The translations under genes were made by a program, and so were the position numbers. From NCBI GenBank assembly GCA_051362555.1, contig CM120643.1:17860848-17924847 (forward strand): a stretch of 64,000 nucleotides of DNA, in the 5' to 3' direction. Within the stretch, counting starts at the first letter, position 1, and each line of letters opens with the position of its first letter. Below the pieces are notes generated by a model, which had not been told where the DNA came from, ran no database searches, and saw only the letters and a program-made list of their open reading frames with translations. This document shows, piece after piece, positions 35,501 through 49,042 of the stretch. Source of the stretch: Lingula anatina. Its lineage: Eukaryota; Animalia; Brachiopoda.

Positions 35501-37914
35501 CTCAAATTTCAGTCAAATAAGCCTGTTCACAATTTTGCCACACAAAGACAAGCAGATGATGATCACACATACCATGGCGAGAGACATATTCCAAGGATCC
35601 CACCACATGAGCTATACTCTAAATACCCCAGTGTAACCAGATGGCAATGCCGTATGAACCCTAGCCCTCCCCCCTCACATGACCCCCCCCCCCCAAAAAA
35701 AAAAAAAAAAAAAAAAGGAAATTAGCTAACACACAACTAATCTATACCTCAAAGTCAACCTCAAACAAGATTTGCTTTTATTCTCAGTGAATAATTAGGT
35801 TTGTAAAATCAATGAAAAATACAAGTTTACTCAAGAGAGTGATGAGACTAGAAACAGAGCATGCAATTCCGATAATTAATGAGACAGAATTTTTTTCCAC
35901 AAGACCACCTAGGGAAATTAGATAGGCTTTTAAAGATCAACCCTGTTTCAAAGGAAAGCCAGTGTGTCTGATTATTTCTACAGATTTATTTCTTGGAGGC
36001 TCATTGAGCTGAGCATATTTCAAGGGGATATGAAAGAATTTCAAAGGGATATGAACGGATTATTTGCTGACTTTTTTGAAAGGTTGCACACTCAATCGTT
36101 TGAACATGATTTTCCTTTTTGCTCATTGGTGTGTTACAAGATGGTTAGTGATGCAATTCATGTTGATTTAGATTAAAAGCATGGAACATTTCTCATGCTT
36201 CACTGCAAATATCCTACGCATTTTTAACAATAATTTTGATAAACCTCATTTTTTACTGTTACATAGTGACTTTCTCTATTGTTTCCCTTTTGTTAAAAAA
36301 ATCAGTCAGATTTCAACAGTTAAAATATTAAATTCACCAAAATGATTAAAATGTGTTTATACCAATCTAACTCTAAGAATTTATTCTTATAAAGAAACAC
36401 ATACAAAAACTTATTTATCATTAATTAAAGCAATAAATGGCCACAATAACCTTTAACATTGTACGTCTTGGTTTGACACTAACTCTTATACTGCTATCAG
36501 ACACTGTGTACAACTGCAAAATATAGTTCTGTTTAGCTTTAACATTTTGTTATTCATCACAGTTTTCGGTGCTTCTAAAATGATCAGTAATTGTTAACTC
36601 ACTATTAGCTACAAATCAGCACTGACCCACTCCCATTTTCAGTATAGTGACCCTCTCCCATTTTCAGTATAGTGACCCTCTCCCATTTTCAGTATAGTGA
36701 CCCTCTCTCATCTTCAGTATGGTGACCCACTCCCATTTTCAGTATAGTGACCCCCTCCCATTTTCAGTATAGTGACCCTCTCCCATTTTCAGTATAGTGA
36801 CCCTCTCCCATCTTCAGTATGGTGACCCACTCCCATTTTCAGTATGGTAACCCACTCCCATTTTCAGTGTAGTGACCTACTCTCATTTTCAGTACAGTTG
36901 TGCTCCAATGTCATCTCAAAGGCATTATGCCACTGAATGAACATGCGGGTAAGGAAGAATGAAAATTAAAGAATAAAAAATAAATAAGAATAAAAATAAA
37001 AATTCTTTGTCATCAGTGTGCATGCAGCTGTCAACTGCTGGTTTCTACTGAAAACTGAGTACCTTACGCATTAATAAGATCTACCATTCTTTTTATTATT
37101 ATAAATGAATCATTTTCTATATACCATTACCAGTCAGAGTAACAATACTGTACTTTACTATATAAAAATAAATTAAGTACATGGAAATCCAGCCAATCAC
37201 TTCTAGACTCAACAGTTATGGAAAACTCCACGACAGCAGGTCCCTTGTGTGGGTTTTAATGTTAATGCAATAGATGATAATCAAATTGAGGCAGGCATTG
37301 CCCTGTTAGAATTTAAAGGCAAATCTATTTAATGACAATCAAATTTATTGATTTCCTTCCAATTTGTTACCAGCTTGCAGTAAGAGGCTTAACTGGGCTG
37401 AGCAAGATATAGGGTGTGATTACAAAGAGCAAGTGAACACAAATTAATTAGTTCAGCCTTGATTCAGTGACTCAGACTGTATTATAATTATGTTCAGATA
37501 TGCCTGAATATCTCTTTGATGGTCTAATGGTTCTAAAAAAAAACACCTTAAATTACTTCAAAATACCGCAATAGTCTACCATACTGTATATTATGCATAC
37601 ATGTAGTTCTGTGTAGGAGGAAACCATATTGGTTGCTGTAGCTGGCACAGAATGTGCTGCAAGCTGAGCCAGTGTCCTGAAACAGGTCAGCAGCTCAGCA
37701 GATAGGTTCCAATGTGTGCTGGCCTAAATGTAATCAGTTAATGCAGCTTTGTATGAATTATACAAGAGGGCCTGCAGTTATCCCCGAGAAAAGGCCACCA
37801 TTATGCCTTTTATTACATACACATTGATCCTGGGTAAGTGGTCATGGGAGGGTTCTGGTCAGACTTACATACAGACTTTTTTCCATATGACACTGTATAT
37901 ATGCTCTTAATATG

Positions 37915-37963
<49 letters not shown>

Positions 37964-40952
37964 ATTATGTTTTATCACTTGTACCTGGTGGTAATTTAGG
38001 CCTGTAAACCAGATTTAACAGCGATTATAAGTTGCACTGTGCTGGCTTTCTAAGGTTTCAAAATCAATGCAACATTGCTAGTTTTTCTTTAAAAAAAAAA
38101 ACAAAAACAATTTTTCTGTCAATATGATGCTATTCCTGGCTGTAGGACAGAAAAGGATCAGCATCCATTTCAGTGTACTGTATTATAATTATTGGTTATT
38201 TTGTATCTTTGCATTTGGGTAGTAAAAACAGAAAAAATAATCATCCAAGCGAAAGACTATCATTGCTTCTACAATGTTTGTGTAACACTAGATGTTTGAG
38301 TGTTTTCTGTGATGTCTACAGAAAAAAAATCCTATTCATCGCATCCATATATCAGTTGCAGATGACAACACCTACATACAATGTAGTGCTTTATCACACA
38401 ACAATACATCATCTTCTAAAATAACACCATATTTAACACACCTGTCCATGCCACCTACATGTATTTCTCCATGACAGTAACAGTGACAAACCTCTCTTTT
38501 ATTTAATTTTTCCCACTTGTTTGTAGAACTGTAAACATAACTTCATTAACTGCAAATAAAATGTTTTTCTTTAATATTTTAAGTTTTCTACCTACATGTA
38601 CAGGCGTGTCATTCAGTTAAGCTGATTGCACTTGGTGAGTGTCTCTGCGGAGTTGGGTCGATTCACATAGACTGATGGTGTCTTTGTGAATGGGGTCTAA
38701 AATGTCACTGAAATGTTTGCTCACAAAACCAAATAAAAAAATCTGCATCAGAGATGTATGAGCACAGAACCATTGCTTTCACAATTCATTAAGAAAAAAG
38801 AATGAGAAACTGGTTTTCCTGTCTTACATGTGTCATCCATTTAAGATCTATTCAAAATAAAAAGTAACAGGACCCATACCAAATCAGACCAGTACGATTA
38901 TCTGATCTGGAAGCATAGTTGTCCATGACAACCAGGCGATGCTTTATTACATGCCCTGTACCAACTGGAACACTGGAGATCGAGAGAGAGGTATTAAAGG
39001 AAGGGAAATTAATAAAATTAGAATCTAGCGAGGAAAGTATCATGGGAGCTGTACGGCATCACCATCCTACCCTCCCACCTAATTCTCTCATCACATTATT
39101 TCATTATTGATTTCAGCGTGGGCCACACGAGTACACAGGACATCCATTAACAAGAGGGACCAAAAATCAATCCGTATGGACAGGCAACCATTTGAAACTC
39201 GATCAGGCACTTTCTTCACCAAAATGGCTAATTAATGAACAAGTTGAATCAATAGTCTTCTGGTACTCTGTAAATCAAAGCTGTCTGGACCTTACCATGA
39301 ACTATCAACCCCTGAAAGTCTGACAAACCTTTTTTTTTAAATGTATTTGTAGCATTATGATTTTGACTTTTTTTAAAAGATGAAAGAATGTAATTGATAG
39401 CTGCTGATCTGTAGTTATGATCGACAGATATAAGGAACATGCAGGGTTTTTTCAAATGGGACATTTTTTTTCTACTGGTGCTTGGTAGATAACTTTGTGA
39501 GGCCATAGCTACCAGCACATGTAGGTAATGGATGGCTGGTAACTTAAACCTTTGTATGGACACTCAATGACCAACCAATGACCAGTGGCCTTTAACAAGA
39601 TCAGACATTAATTAGAAATGCTTTTTGCATGCTAAACAAATCAAGGCATTTATGAGCTCCACTGTGTTGGAGAGCCCTTCAAATGAAAAGCCCTTGAGAG
39701 GAATTTAAAAGTAAAACATTATCAAAATAGTTATTATTTTGGAATGTTTAATTTTTTAAGCAACATTATCTACTAATTAAAGGATCAAAAATCAGTGTCG
39801 ACATATATCAGCAGTTAAATCAAATTCTACTATATTTAGAAAAATCACTTGGGCATCAAAAATTGAATAAGGCTTTTCCTGCAACTAAACAGCAGTGCCT
39901 TCCTGCTTTATAAATCGCTGTGCTGTCTGATAGGTCGATCAGATGTTACGATCTACTCGCAAGAAACGCATAACAAACTTGTCATCTGAGCATTCCTCAA
40001 AGGACCAGACAGACAAATTACTAAAAATTTCAGAACAACGAAACTGAGGAACAAAGTTCATATAATATAAAGCAATGACAAACATTGTTTAAAAAAAAGA
40101 AAAAAATATTCACACTGTGTACACAGTCAACATAGAGACCAGTATTGAAACAAGAACAAATTCAGGTAGTGCAACTGCATTTGCATTGAATTCTTGGAAA
40201 ACCATTGAACTAAATTAAGTCCTTGAGATATATCTATGTACTGTATGTGCATGTAACTGGACTTCATGCAATTATTAGATCATATTTGCTTGGAGGGTTC
40301 TTTAATTAGTTACTTATCTTAAAGTAATATCTCACTGTTTTACAGCCAACAATTACATGATAACACACACCCACTTTCCTGTGACAATAATTTCTGTTCA
40401 ACCGTTTGATTTGTTTACCTCAAAAGTGTTAAGTGATCTCCATGTCTGCATTTAGATGAACCCTAAGTGTTGGCTGATTCACAACTTAAATGCATGTGCA
40501 GAAGATCAAATTGATTAATCCAGGATTGACATTTCTGAATTGGAAGTCGGGTCTCTCTATAACACCACTCTCTGCACCAAGAGACAATTAACCACTCTGT
40601 CTCACCCATTCAACCATGGGGCATCTGGATATGATCACATATTTAACCAGGCTCTTGCTAAGCATTTTAGACTTATCTTAAAACTTGTCTGAACGCAGCT
40701 TTAATAAACTTTTTCTGACAACTATATGCATTGTTTGGTGCCACAAAGGAATAAGTCCAGTTACGTCTTTGTTGACTTTTCATTTCCCCGGATATTGGAA
40801 TATTGTCATTAGATATTCTGACTGCCCTGTTGGACACAGTAGATAATGTCAGAGTATATGTGACAATTGAAAAGGTTAGCTTAACATTAATAAGTGGTCA
40901 TTTCAATACATCACTTTAACACCTGATGGGTTTTGTAAATGACATTGGTGGA

Positions 40953-40983
<31 letters not shown>

Positions 40984-42857
40984 CTACTGGTACACTGTTG
41001 CTAAGACAAAACAATTTTGAACTGTTGGATAAAATCAGTAATTTGAACAGCTATCAAATTTGACTTGGGTTTCATGATACATGTGAATTTATTCTTATCC
41101 CTACTCAACAAAAAAACAAATAAATAAATAAATAAATAAATAAAAATCATGGGATAAAAATTGCCTTTAAAGTTTGAGGGAGTTAAAAGGCATTTCTCCA
41201 TTATTGATAAGAAACTGCATTGATTTTTTAATTAAGATCCCATGGCTACCAAACTGCCTCAGAAAACTTACCAGTTCTGAAAACTCAGGGTAGTACGTGA
41301 TATATGCGTCCAAATAATCCCACTAGCACTTCTGGCATGACTACAATATCTCTTATTCATAAAGCTTTTAGATATTGCGTGCTCCCGATTTCTTAATGCA
41401 ATTATATAATATCTAAATATGATAACTCATTCTACACAAAACCGATTAGTTCTGTTGCTTTTGTATTTGCTGGCAAGCCATTTGTATGGCTTTGAAAGAA
41501 GGCTCATGGAGTAAGCCAGAGGGAAAGCAGCTTGTTAATTTTTAGTAACAGAAAGATGAGGGATTGTGTCAAATTTGATCAAAGTTTGAAGAAAAAACTG
41601 TGTGAATTAGTGTAATTGTTGTTAATGATGAAAAATGCCAAGGAAATAAGGATACAGAAAAAAATGTGACTCAAGACCTGATTTCTTTTAATTTCAAATA
41701 TAACTCTTTGCCATTAAAATATCTAACTAACTAAATAAATAAAAACTAAATAAACAAACAAGCAAAAGAACAAACCAACAAATAAATAAGTATGCCATGA
41801 CTCACCCTTGGAAAATCTTATCAACGAATATCTTCATAAATTCCTTGACCTGGCGGCTGTGTTCATCTAACTGGCTGTCTGAACTGAAAGCAGACGCCCA
41901 AGACTGTCCAGACATTTGGGATTCTGATCGCTGTAACACTTCCCCACCATATTCTACCTCTGAGGAACTGACACTGCTCATCCTATGCAGCAACCCCTCC
42001 TCTTCATCATCATTAAAATCCATCAAATCCTCACCTTTGGGGTCATTTTCAGTGTCAGCTGGAGCAACCATGACCCCTTCGCGGTCAAATGTGAATTCCC
42101 GCACAGCCTCGCCTGGGCTAGGGGTTACGTCCACCCCGGGTGCCAGCAGCACTTCTTCTTCATCATCCGAACTAACCAATAAACTATTCCTCCGTTTACC
42201 TCTGCGGCGTCCTCTCTCATCGACAAAGGTATCCTTTAGAAAGATATCCTCTCCAGAGAAGCTCTCCTTCTTTTCCAATTTTGGCCGAGGTGGCCTAGGT
42301 GGGCGGACTTTTTTGTTGCCATCTTGCTTTGACCCTGCCGTCTGCCCTTCTTTCATTTTATTCAAATGTCTAATTTTGGTTCCTGGATCAAGGGCATTAG
42401 GGACGCCATTATTCAAATCGACCCCATCTTCTAAATAATTATTCAGTGAAGCATTATCTTGGTCTGTTTTATGAACATGTGCGGATACTACCTGACCATG
42501 AGACATCTGTCCATTGGGAATGGTTTCTGTTGGCTTTCCATTTTCTGTCATTCCTCCATTTAATGACTCTCCGTTAGGCGAAGAGGTTGGAGGACTTGAA
42601 CCAGAAGAGGAAGTTGTGTGATTAGGAGACGTAGTCGCAGAGTCCCTTTTGCTCAGCTTAAGGGTGACATTATCCAGTTTTGATGAGATGTCGCTGAACA
42701 GACCATTTTTCATCGCACCAACAGAACTGAAGAGTGAAGAGGCGCCACCGGAGAAACTGGCTCGCAGATTTGACGGGTGAGGTGGTGGTGATGGTTTCTC
42801 ATCTTTAATTGGGGGTTCTGTTTCTCCGCCCTGGGAGAATCTTCGCAAGAAATTCAT
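29441..42857 (-). CDS. KIAA0513: Uncharacterised protein KIAA0513 orthologue (SBF2/myotubularin-associated domain), ~553 aa
   Basis: 8 coding exons: 42857-41806, 34638-34590, 33725-33681, 33474-33330, 31984-31840, 30074-30006, 29779-29685, 29502-29441 (1662 nt). Motifs [83 protein letters not shown] match KIAA0513 as I recall it. Confidence 0.92.
29685..29779 (-). CDS. KIAA0513: KIAA0513 exon
   Basis: [31 protein letters not shown]. Confidence 0.9.
30006..30074 (-). CDS. KIAA0513: KIAA0513 exon
   Basis: [22 protein letters not shown]. Confidence 0.88.
31840..31984 (-). CDS. KIAA0513: KIAA0513 exon
   Basis: [47 protein letters not shown]. Confidence 0.92.
32008..32222. repeat. Degenerate ~21-bp minisatellite (acaaccaacacaatacatgtc)
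   Basis: Three clear copies at 32008-32075 and decayed copies beyond. Confidence 0.65.
33330..33474 (-). CDS. KIAA0513: KIAA0513 exon
   Basis: [48 protein letters not shown]. Confidence 0.92.
33681..33725 (-). CDS. KIAA0513: KIAA0513 exon
   Basis: [15 protein letters not shown]. Confidence 0.88.
34590..34638 (-). CDS. KIAA0513: KIAA0513 exon
   Basis: [16 protein letters not shown]. Confidence 0.88.
36623..36897. repeat. 25-bp minisatellite, ~11 copies
   Basis: Unit tcccattttcagtatagtgaccc(t/a)c repeated head to tail with no spacers. Confidence 0.9.
41806..42857 (-). CDS. KIAA0513: KIAA0513 first coding exon (disordered N-terminal region)
   Basis: 351-aa ORF ending IFVDKIFQG|gtgagt. Confidence 0.92.
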
Positions 42858-44251
42858 CTTGAATGATTAGTGAAAATGTTTGTAAGTATTTCCCTGCAGC
42901 TTCAGAGAAAAGTTCAATGGTATGTTGAATTTTTTCTGTCCTTTGGTGAATTTTTTACTGACAGCAGTAAGTGATAACTGAATACAGAAGCAATGAGCCG
43001 TAAATGTTGTTTTTCTGTCCTCTTGTTTTAAAGGTCTCTCAGAAATGAAAGTTACACAAACTTGGGCAGATCAATAAGTCTGCATGTAATAGAAGCGTGC
43101 CTGTGAAACCCACTAAAAACTGTGGTCAAGAAATTCCAGTCAACAACCTACTCATGGAAGGCAGACGTAGTAAAGCAAAGTAAAATGTATTCCAAGATAC
43201 CTTATCACGCTGTAAGCTCAGAAGTCAAAAACAATCCTTAATGTCCTCTTGCTGTTTTTGAGTATATATACTTTGCTACTGCCAACAAATCCATAAAAGT
43301 TTCGTCCCAGTGCAATTTTTCTCGTTGGCTGGAAGTCATCTGAAATGATATGGAAAATTTTCAATAATCTAGGAAAAATGAGACCACATAAGCCTGTATT
43401 CAGAGTCAGCAGTCTTAACCATGAAATAGCTCTCCTATGGAATGGTCCTTCCTACTATTGATTTTCCACATGTTTGTTAAGCTTATGCAGGGCCGGCCCT
43501 CTCTGCGAGTTGCACTCTGGGATACATGAGCAAATGGAATGATTTGATTGGATTACAGGTTAATTTTTTGAAGAAATTTTAAACAAACATGCAACCATGA
43601 AAACAATATTGATTAACTCCTGGGAAAGAGGACTGGGTATAAAATCAAATGTCTCAGAAAAATAATCAGACAAATCTTTTGATGTTTTAATATTCAGTCC
43701 ACTGCCAATCAAAAGTAAAATAAGCTTAATACAGCTATAAAAGAGATAAGCTCCTGCTGATTTACCCAATAGTCATTTAATAAGTGACAAGTTGCCCTTC
43801 CATAAGTGATTCAGTGCTTCTATGGAGTATATATGCATGACTCCAAGCCACCAGTGCTAATCCAGCCTCGCCAGAAAAATTTAAAACTTACTGAAAAAAA
43901 AAAAAAAATCCAAGGCTACAAAGTTCATCACTCTGCAAGAAAAGAACTGGAAGGAAATAAAACATACAGCATATTTCTGTCAACAGTTTGTTTTTTTTAG
44001 AAACACCACTGGATAACAGTATAATATATTCTGTGTAACAAAATGTCTTGTAATGAAACTATGACAGTTCAAAGGTATAGACAAAAACATATGTACACTA
44101 TCTACCTGATCACATTTGTAGTCATTTTAAAGGAGATAGCTGCAATATTTTTTGAGGCAATTTTAGTAAATTTTGGAAGTACCTGTACAATACAATTAAA
44201 GTCTATTATGTTTTTATGTTTTTAACAGGTGATGCAAAATTCAAGGTAGCG

Positions 44252-44286
<35 letters not shown>

Positions 44287-44360
44287 ACACATACAAACAT
44301 TTTTTTAATCACATTAACAAACATTTTTTTAATCAAAATATCCTTAAACACATTTCACAC

Positions 44361-44404
<44 letters not shown>

Positions 44405-44826
44405 TTGATCTCTCCACAAAAATCTAGTGAGTAATTAAGAAAATCATGAATTGATCTGTCTAGTTTCACTGTGGACACAAGACAAATCATCTCACTGAAT
44501 TGAAAACATCATTTTTCCTCTCTCAGTGTTACGATATTGACTACGGAGGTTTACCCCCTGTGACATCTGCCAATAACTACATGATCAAATTATTCTAACA
44601 CCTACGAGGCTGAACAACACAAAAACAATCAAGATGTGGCCCTACAGGGCTTCAAGTATTACCTTTTACATGTAAGAATTCCTTTACCAAGGCTATGTTT
44701 TTTTCCAGAAAGATGACTGGATTCTATATTGGTAACAGCTAGTCTCAAGTGAACAACAGCTATACGTACATGTACATATAACTTGAATGTGATCTGAATG
44801 TTAGAAGGCAAAACACACATACACAA

Positions 44827-44861
<35 letters not shown>

Positions 44862-45742
44862 AATAGAATAAAAACAACGAAAGTGATGTGATGAAGTGAC
44901 ATCGGTCCCTTCATAATCATAAAACATTCACCTGACAAATTTACAATACTTAAAAAAGTTTTATACTTGTGATACTGAATGAAACAGGAATTGAAACAAA
45001 TGCCTTCTAGTACACATCAATTTATGTTCAAAATAACTAAATTGTAAAATTTCAAAAAATGACAAATTGGTCCAACTCACATGAGCACTGAAACATGTAT
45101 ACAGAATTGAAGTAACAGATTCTTTTCTAAAAGAGGTCGAGGCTATCGACTGAATCTAACCCCTCTGACGTCTGCTAGCAGCATCGGATCAATACTCTCA
45201 AACCTTCCTTTCATTTTTCCACTGACAAAATTATTGATTTCAATCCCTCTTAGAGATCAATCTCATCTTCTTTATCCACCTATAGGTCCTAAAAAGTAAT
45301 CAGCTTTCACTTCACGTATATCAATAAGACTGGGTACTCTAGGCAGTCTCAGGGATCAATGATATTTCTTTTATCCATTTTAGGACCATTATAAGGCCCT
45401 ACTGTCTGGATTTCCAGAAATATGCTCGCGGTATATATTCTGTGAGAGAAATCACAGATTCTCACTGATTAAAATTCATGAGTTTTTATCAAGAAGTGTT
45501 TTCTGAAAAATTAAAAAAATTCTTATGGTCAAATAAACTCTAACAACTAGACACAATGAAACAAATGTTAGTGCTTAAATAATAAAAAATATAAAACTCT
45601 AATACAAAAGTGAATTTAATGTCAAAAAGTAAAAAAGATGATGAATAAGCTAGAAACAACTGGTTATTAAATATATCAAGGAATCAAAATAACTTATTTT
45701 AAATCCTAGAATATATATATAGCAATTTGGGTTATGCCTGTT

Positions 45743-47809
45743 ATAATAATAATGGTTTGAATTAATGGAAAGATGAAGCTGACATGAGGCATTATTGGAA
45801 TAGAACTGAAACGTGATCAAAATGCTTTAGTAGAATACATGTACTTTGCACCAATAAATTACCCCCAATGCCCTCATTTACCACCCTGAGTTAACCAGAT
45901 CTCTCCGAGGCCTGGGCACTTGAGTCTCTACTATCTGAAACTCAGGGTGTCAAACAGTGTGAATATCTCTACATTTCAAATGTAAAAAGATATCAGGATA
46001 TATAATTTAAGGTAATCAGAGGTTCTATAGCATGTGGGAGGCAATGGGTGTTGAAATTACTCATTGTCAAGATAAGACAATTCATACTAAGGAGCACTGC
46101 CAAATCTGTCTGATATAAGGCCCTGGTAATTAATAATTAAGGTAAATATAAATGACTTTAAATTAAATCAATGGAAAAAGATGTAGATGACCAGGGATTA
46201 AAATGGCCGATGTGCAGTGGGGATTTCCTTTTAGATGAAGGAGGTCCCAGTGAGTCACTTACATGTTTTACTTTAATGGTGAATGAGTTTGCATGGTTGT
46301 TTGATGATGCAATCTAGCTGTGTACCAAGTCTAACTTAAAACCTTGTCTGAATGCAACCAGTAAAACTGCCAGAACCAATCAGTGAGTGCCAAATATTCT
46401 TCATTTGCCAATGTTTGCTCAGAGAAAATACAATAATCCCACTGAGACTGTAACAAGTGGAAGTTAAAGGGGATGATTTATTGGTGGGAAATGCACCATG
46501 AATTGTACTGGTGATTTATATATTTTTTTCATAAAAAGCTTGAAAATATCAAATTTCATCCCCATTCTCTCAGTGTATGACATTTTATATCATAAAATCA
46601 GTGTTGTAGTTTGGTAAATTTAACATTCACTACTAATGATAATAATAATATTAAATAATTATAAACTTAATTAGAATAAAATTATAGTTAAAATTTTAAA
46701 ACTCTACCATCTCTATACATAAACAAGTTTATATTAAATTTACATTTCCATTTACTCCTGACTTTACTATAATTATATATTAAGTAACATCATTCTATAA
46801 TTCAGCAGCACTACAGATTACAAGTGCCAGATTGAGTAAATTTGCAACATTCCATTCCAATTTATATCAGTATTGATATCCGCAACATGATAAAATCAGC
46901 AGTACCGAAGAAAAAAATTATATTTCTTTGCGCGTGGGATATTATTTAAAGTTATAAAGAAGAAACTGCCATTCTGAATAATGGAGTAAACAACAAAACA
47001 GACTGGGTGACATATAGGATTAAAACCAAGTTCAACCAAAAACTATTGTTCTAAATCCATACAGAAAAGCAAACACAATGTACAAGTTACAATAGAAAGA
47101 GTCTTATATCAAACCATGTTTAATGAAAAACACTACTCTAAATGCCATAAAGAATACACATGATTTTCGGAAACAGAGCCTTGTATGGAAACCAAATTCA
47201 ACCAAAAACTAACATTCAATTTGACAAGCAGTGTAAACACATTTGAGAGACTATAGTGTCTGGGCTCAACCAAAGTTCAACCATTGACAATAAAATATGA
47301 CAATTAGATATGAGCATAGGAACCGTAGCAACATCACACCATTTCCCTAGGGATATGACTTCATATTAAAAGCTATTAATATACAGAAAGCAATCACCAT
47401 AATGGTTTTATGCCCCAAAGTAGCAGACAGTTAAGTACTATTAAAGCACAGAAAATACTCAAAAATAAAATAAAGAGAACAGATGGATAACAAGCACTGC
47501 GCGATCCTCAATATTAAGATGAGGTATTTTCCAGCAACATCCAACATGTCAATGCAAATTAAAAAAATTACTGGAAACCTGCAAGGGTTGATTGAGGCGG
47601 TCTTTTGGGTCTTCCGGAAGAGGGTCAGATTTTCAAGTTAACATTGACAGTATCTAATATTTTCTGTCGGAAGACAGTCAAAAATGGAGGATGGATCAAC
47701 AAAGCTAATTTGGAAGACTGCCAAAAAATATCTCTGGATCCGCCCCTGACATGGAATCATTTTTTTAAATGTTATGTTGTTTTGTTTTTGACTGTAATAA
47801 TTTATGACT

Positions 47810-47845
<36 letters not shown>

Positions 47846-47957
47846 GTTTGAATTAATGGAAAGATGAAGCTGACACAGGGCATTATTGGAATAGTACTGA
47901 AATGTGATCAAAATGCTTTAGTAGAATACATGTACTTTGCACCAATAAATTACCCCC
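45743..47957. repeat. ~125-bp direct repeat pair (45743-45866 and 47833-47957)
   Basis: ataataatggtttgaattaatggaaagatgaagctgaca...gcaccaataaattacccc in both. Confidence 0.8.
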
Positions 47958-48447
47958 ATGTTGATCTGCCATGTTGTTCTGCTTTAAGTGTTGTTCTTTA
48001 AATTAAAAAATGTTAAGCTTTCAAGCAATAAGAGAGATGGTGGAGGGGAAGGGACACCTTCTGAGTATGGGCCCATTTGTCTTCAAGTATTATTCTATTT
48101 TTTGTAAACTGAAAAACAATAGATATAAACATTGTGAAAACCATTATGTTGTAAACACTCCACTCCAACACTTTTTTTTCAAAAAAGACAAAAACATTTA
48201 GACTAGTCTCTGAGGCCATTTAACAGAGTCAGAGATACTGCAATTTTAGTCACATTCAATTATTTAAAGTCAGAGGAATAATGCAATCCAACGTCAACAT
48301 ATAATGAGTTGAGTGCACCAAATAAATATTACCCCTGTATATCCAGTTAATTGCCACTTTCTAACATTCTAATCATGATCCACTCTCCTGCTTTGAAACT
48401 GAGGCACAAATTTAAATCTAATTCTTCTTTACATCTTTCTAGTCTAA

Positions 48448-48641
48448 GACCCCATTCTCACAGATTTTAGAACGATCTATCCCCATGGGGAGTCTCACTA
48501 GATTACTGTCAGCTTAGCCAGCTTAAAGCTGTATGGGGGTAATTAACTTCTATGCACGGGCGGCAGACAGCAATTTAGCGTGAACCCCAAGGGAGTTAGG
48601 TCGATCTAGTTTGATTGATCTAAATCTCTGGAAATGCACCC
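48448..48641. mobile_element. ~200-bp Harbinger/Tourist-type MITE, copy 1
   Basis: Imperfect TIRs gaccccattctcacagatt / aatctctggaaatgcaccc, TSD TAA; homologous to 52027-52234. Confidence 0.7.
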
Positions 48642-49005
48642 TAAGTTCCATTTCCAGGAGATGACTGGCTTGTTCACACACAAAATCAATCAAGATTTCT
48701 AACAGAATTTTTCTTAAACTTGTCTACAAGTTGGCAAGAAGGATGTTTTCTCCATTGGCATTTCTCCCAAAAATTCATTTAGCCTTTTTCTTTGGCTCAA
48801 AGTTCTCTCTTAATGTGTTAAGGGATTTCAACTGCATTTGTTAAATGCGCACCATAATAAAATCTTAAAAAACCATGATGACCATCTGACTAAGTTATCT
48901 ACATCCAGTAGGTTTTCCTGCTTAAGACAACCTCAGAGAATTCTCCAATTAAGGATCAAAATTTTTATAGCATCAAGCTAAGAGCAAAGATTAATTTTAA
49001 CCTCA

Positions 49006-49042
<37 letters not shown>

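Noticed and set aside
36623-36897. 25-bp repeat array as CRISPR
   Set aside because: Units are contiguous with no spacers; it is a minisatellite.
38610-38700. Possible tRNA or tRNA-derived SINE head (gggtcgattc)
   Set aside because: No cloverleaf and only a weak B-box resemblance.
41797-42438. 213-aa plus-strand ORF
   Set aside because: Antisense shadow of the KIAA0513 coding exon with no recognisable motifs.
43238-43339. uORF peptide WDETFMDL resembling the dCMP deaminase N-terminus
   Set aside because: Only 33 codons with no catalytic motifs; the resemblance is probably chance.
49006-49041. Long poly-C run (also poly-T/poly-G at 61536-61590) as functional i-motif or G-quadruplex
   Set aside because: Homopolymer lengths are unreliable in assemblies and there is no other support.
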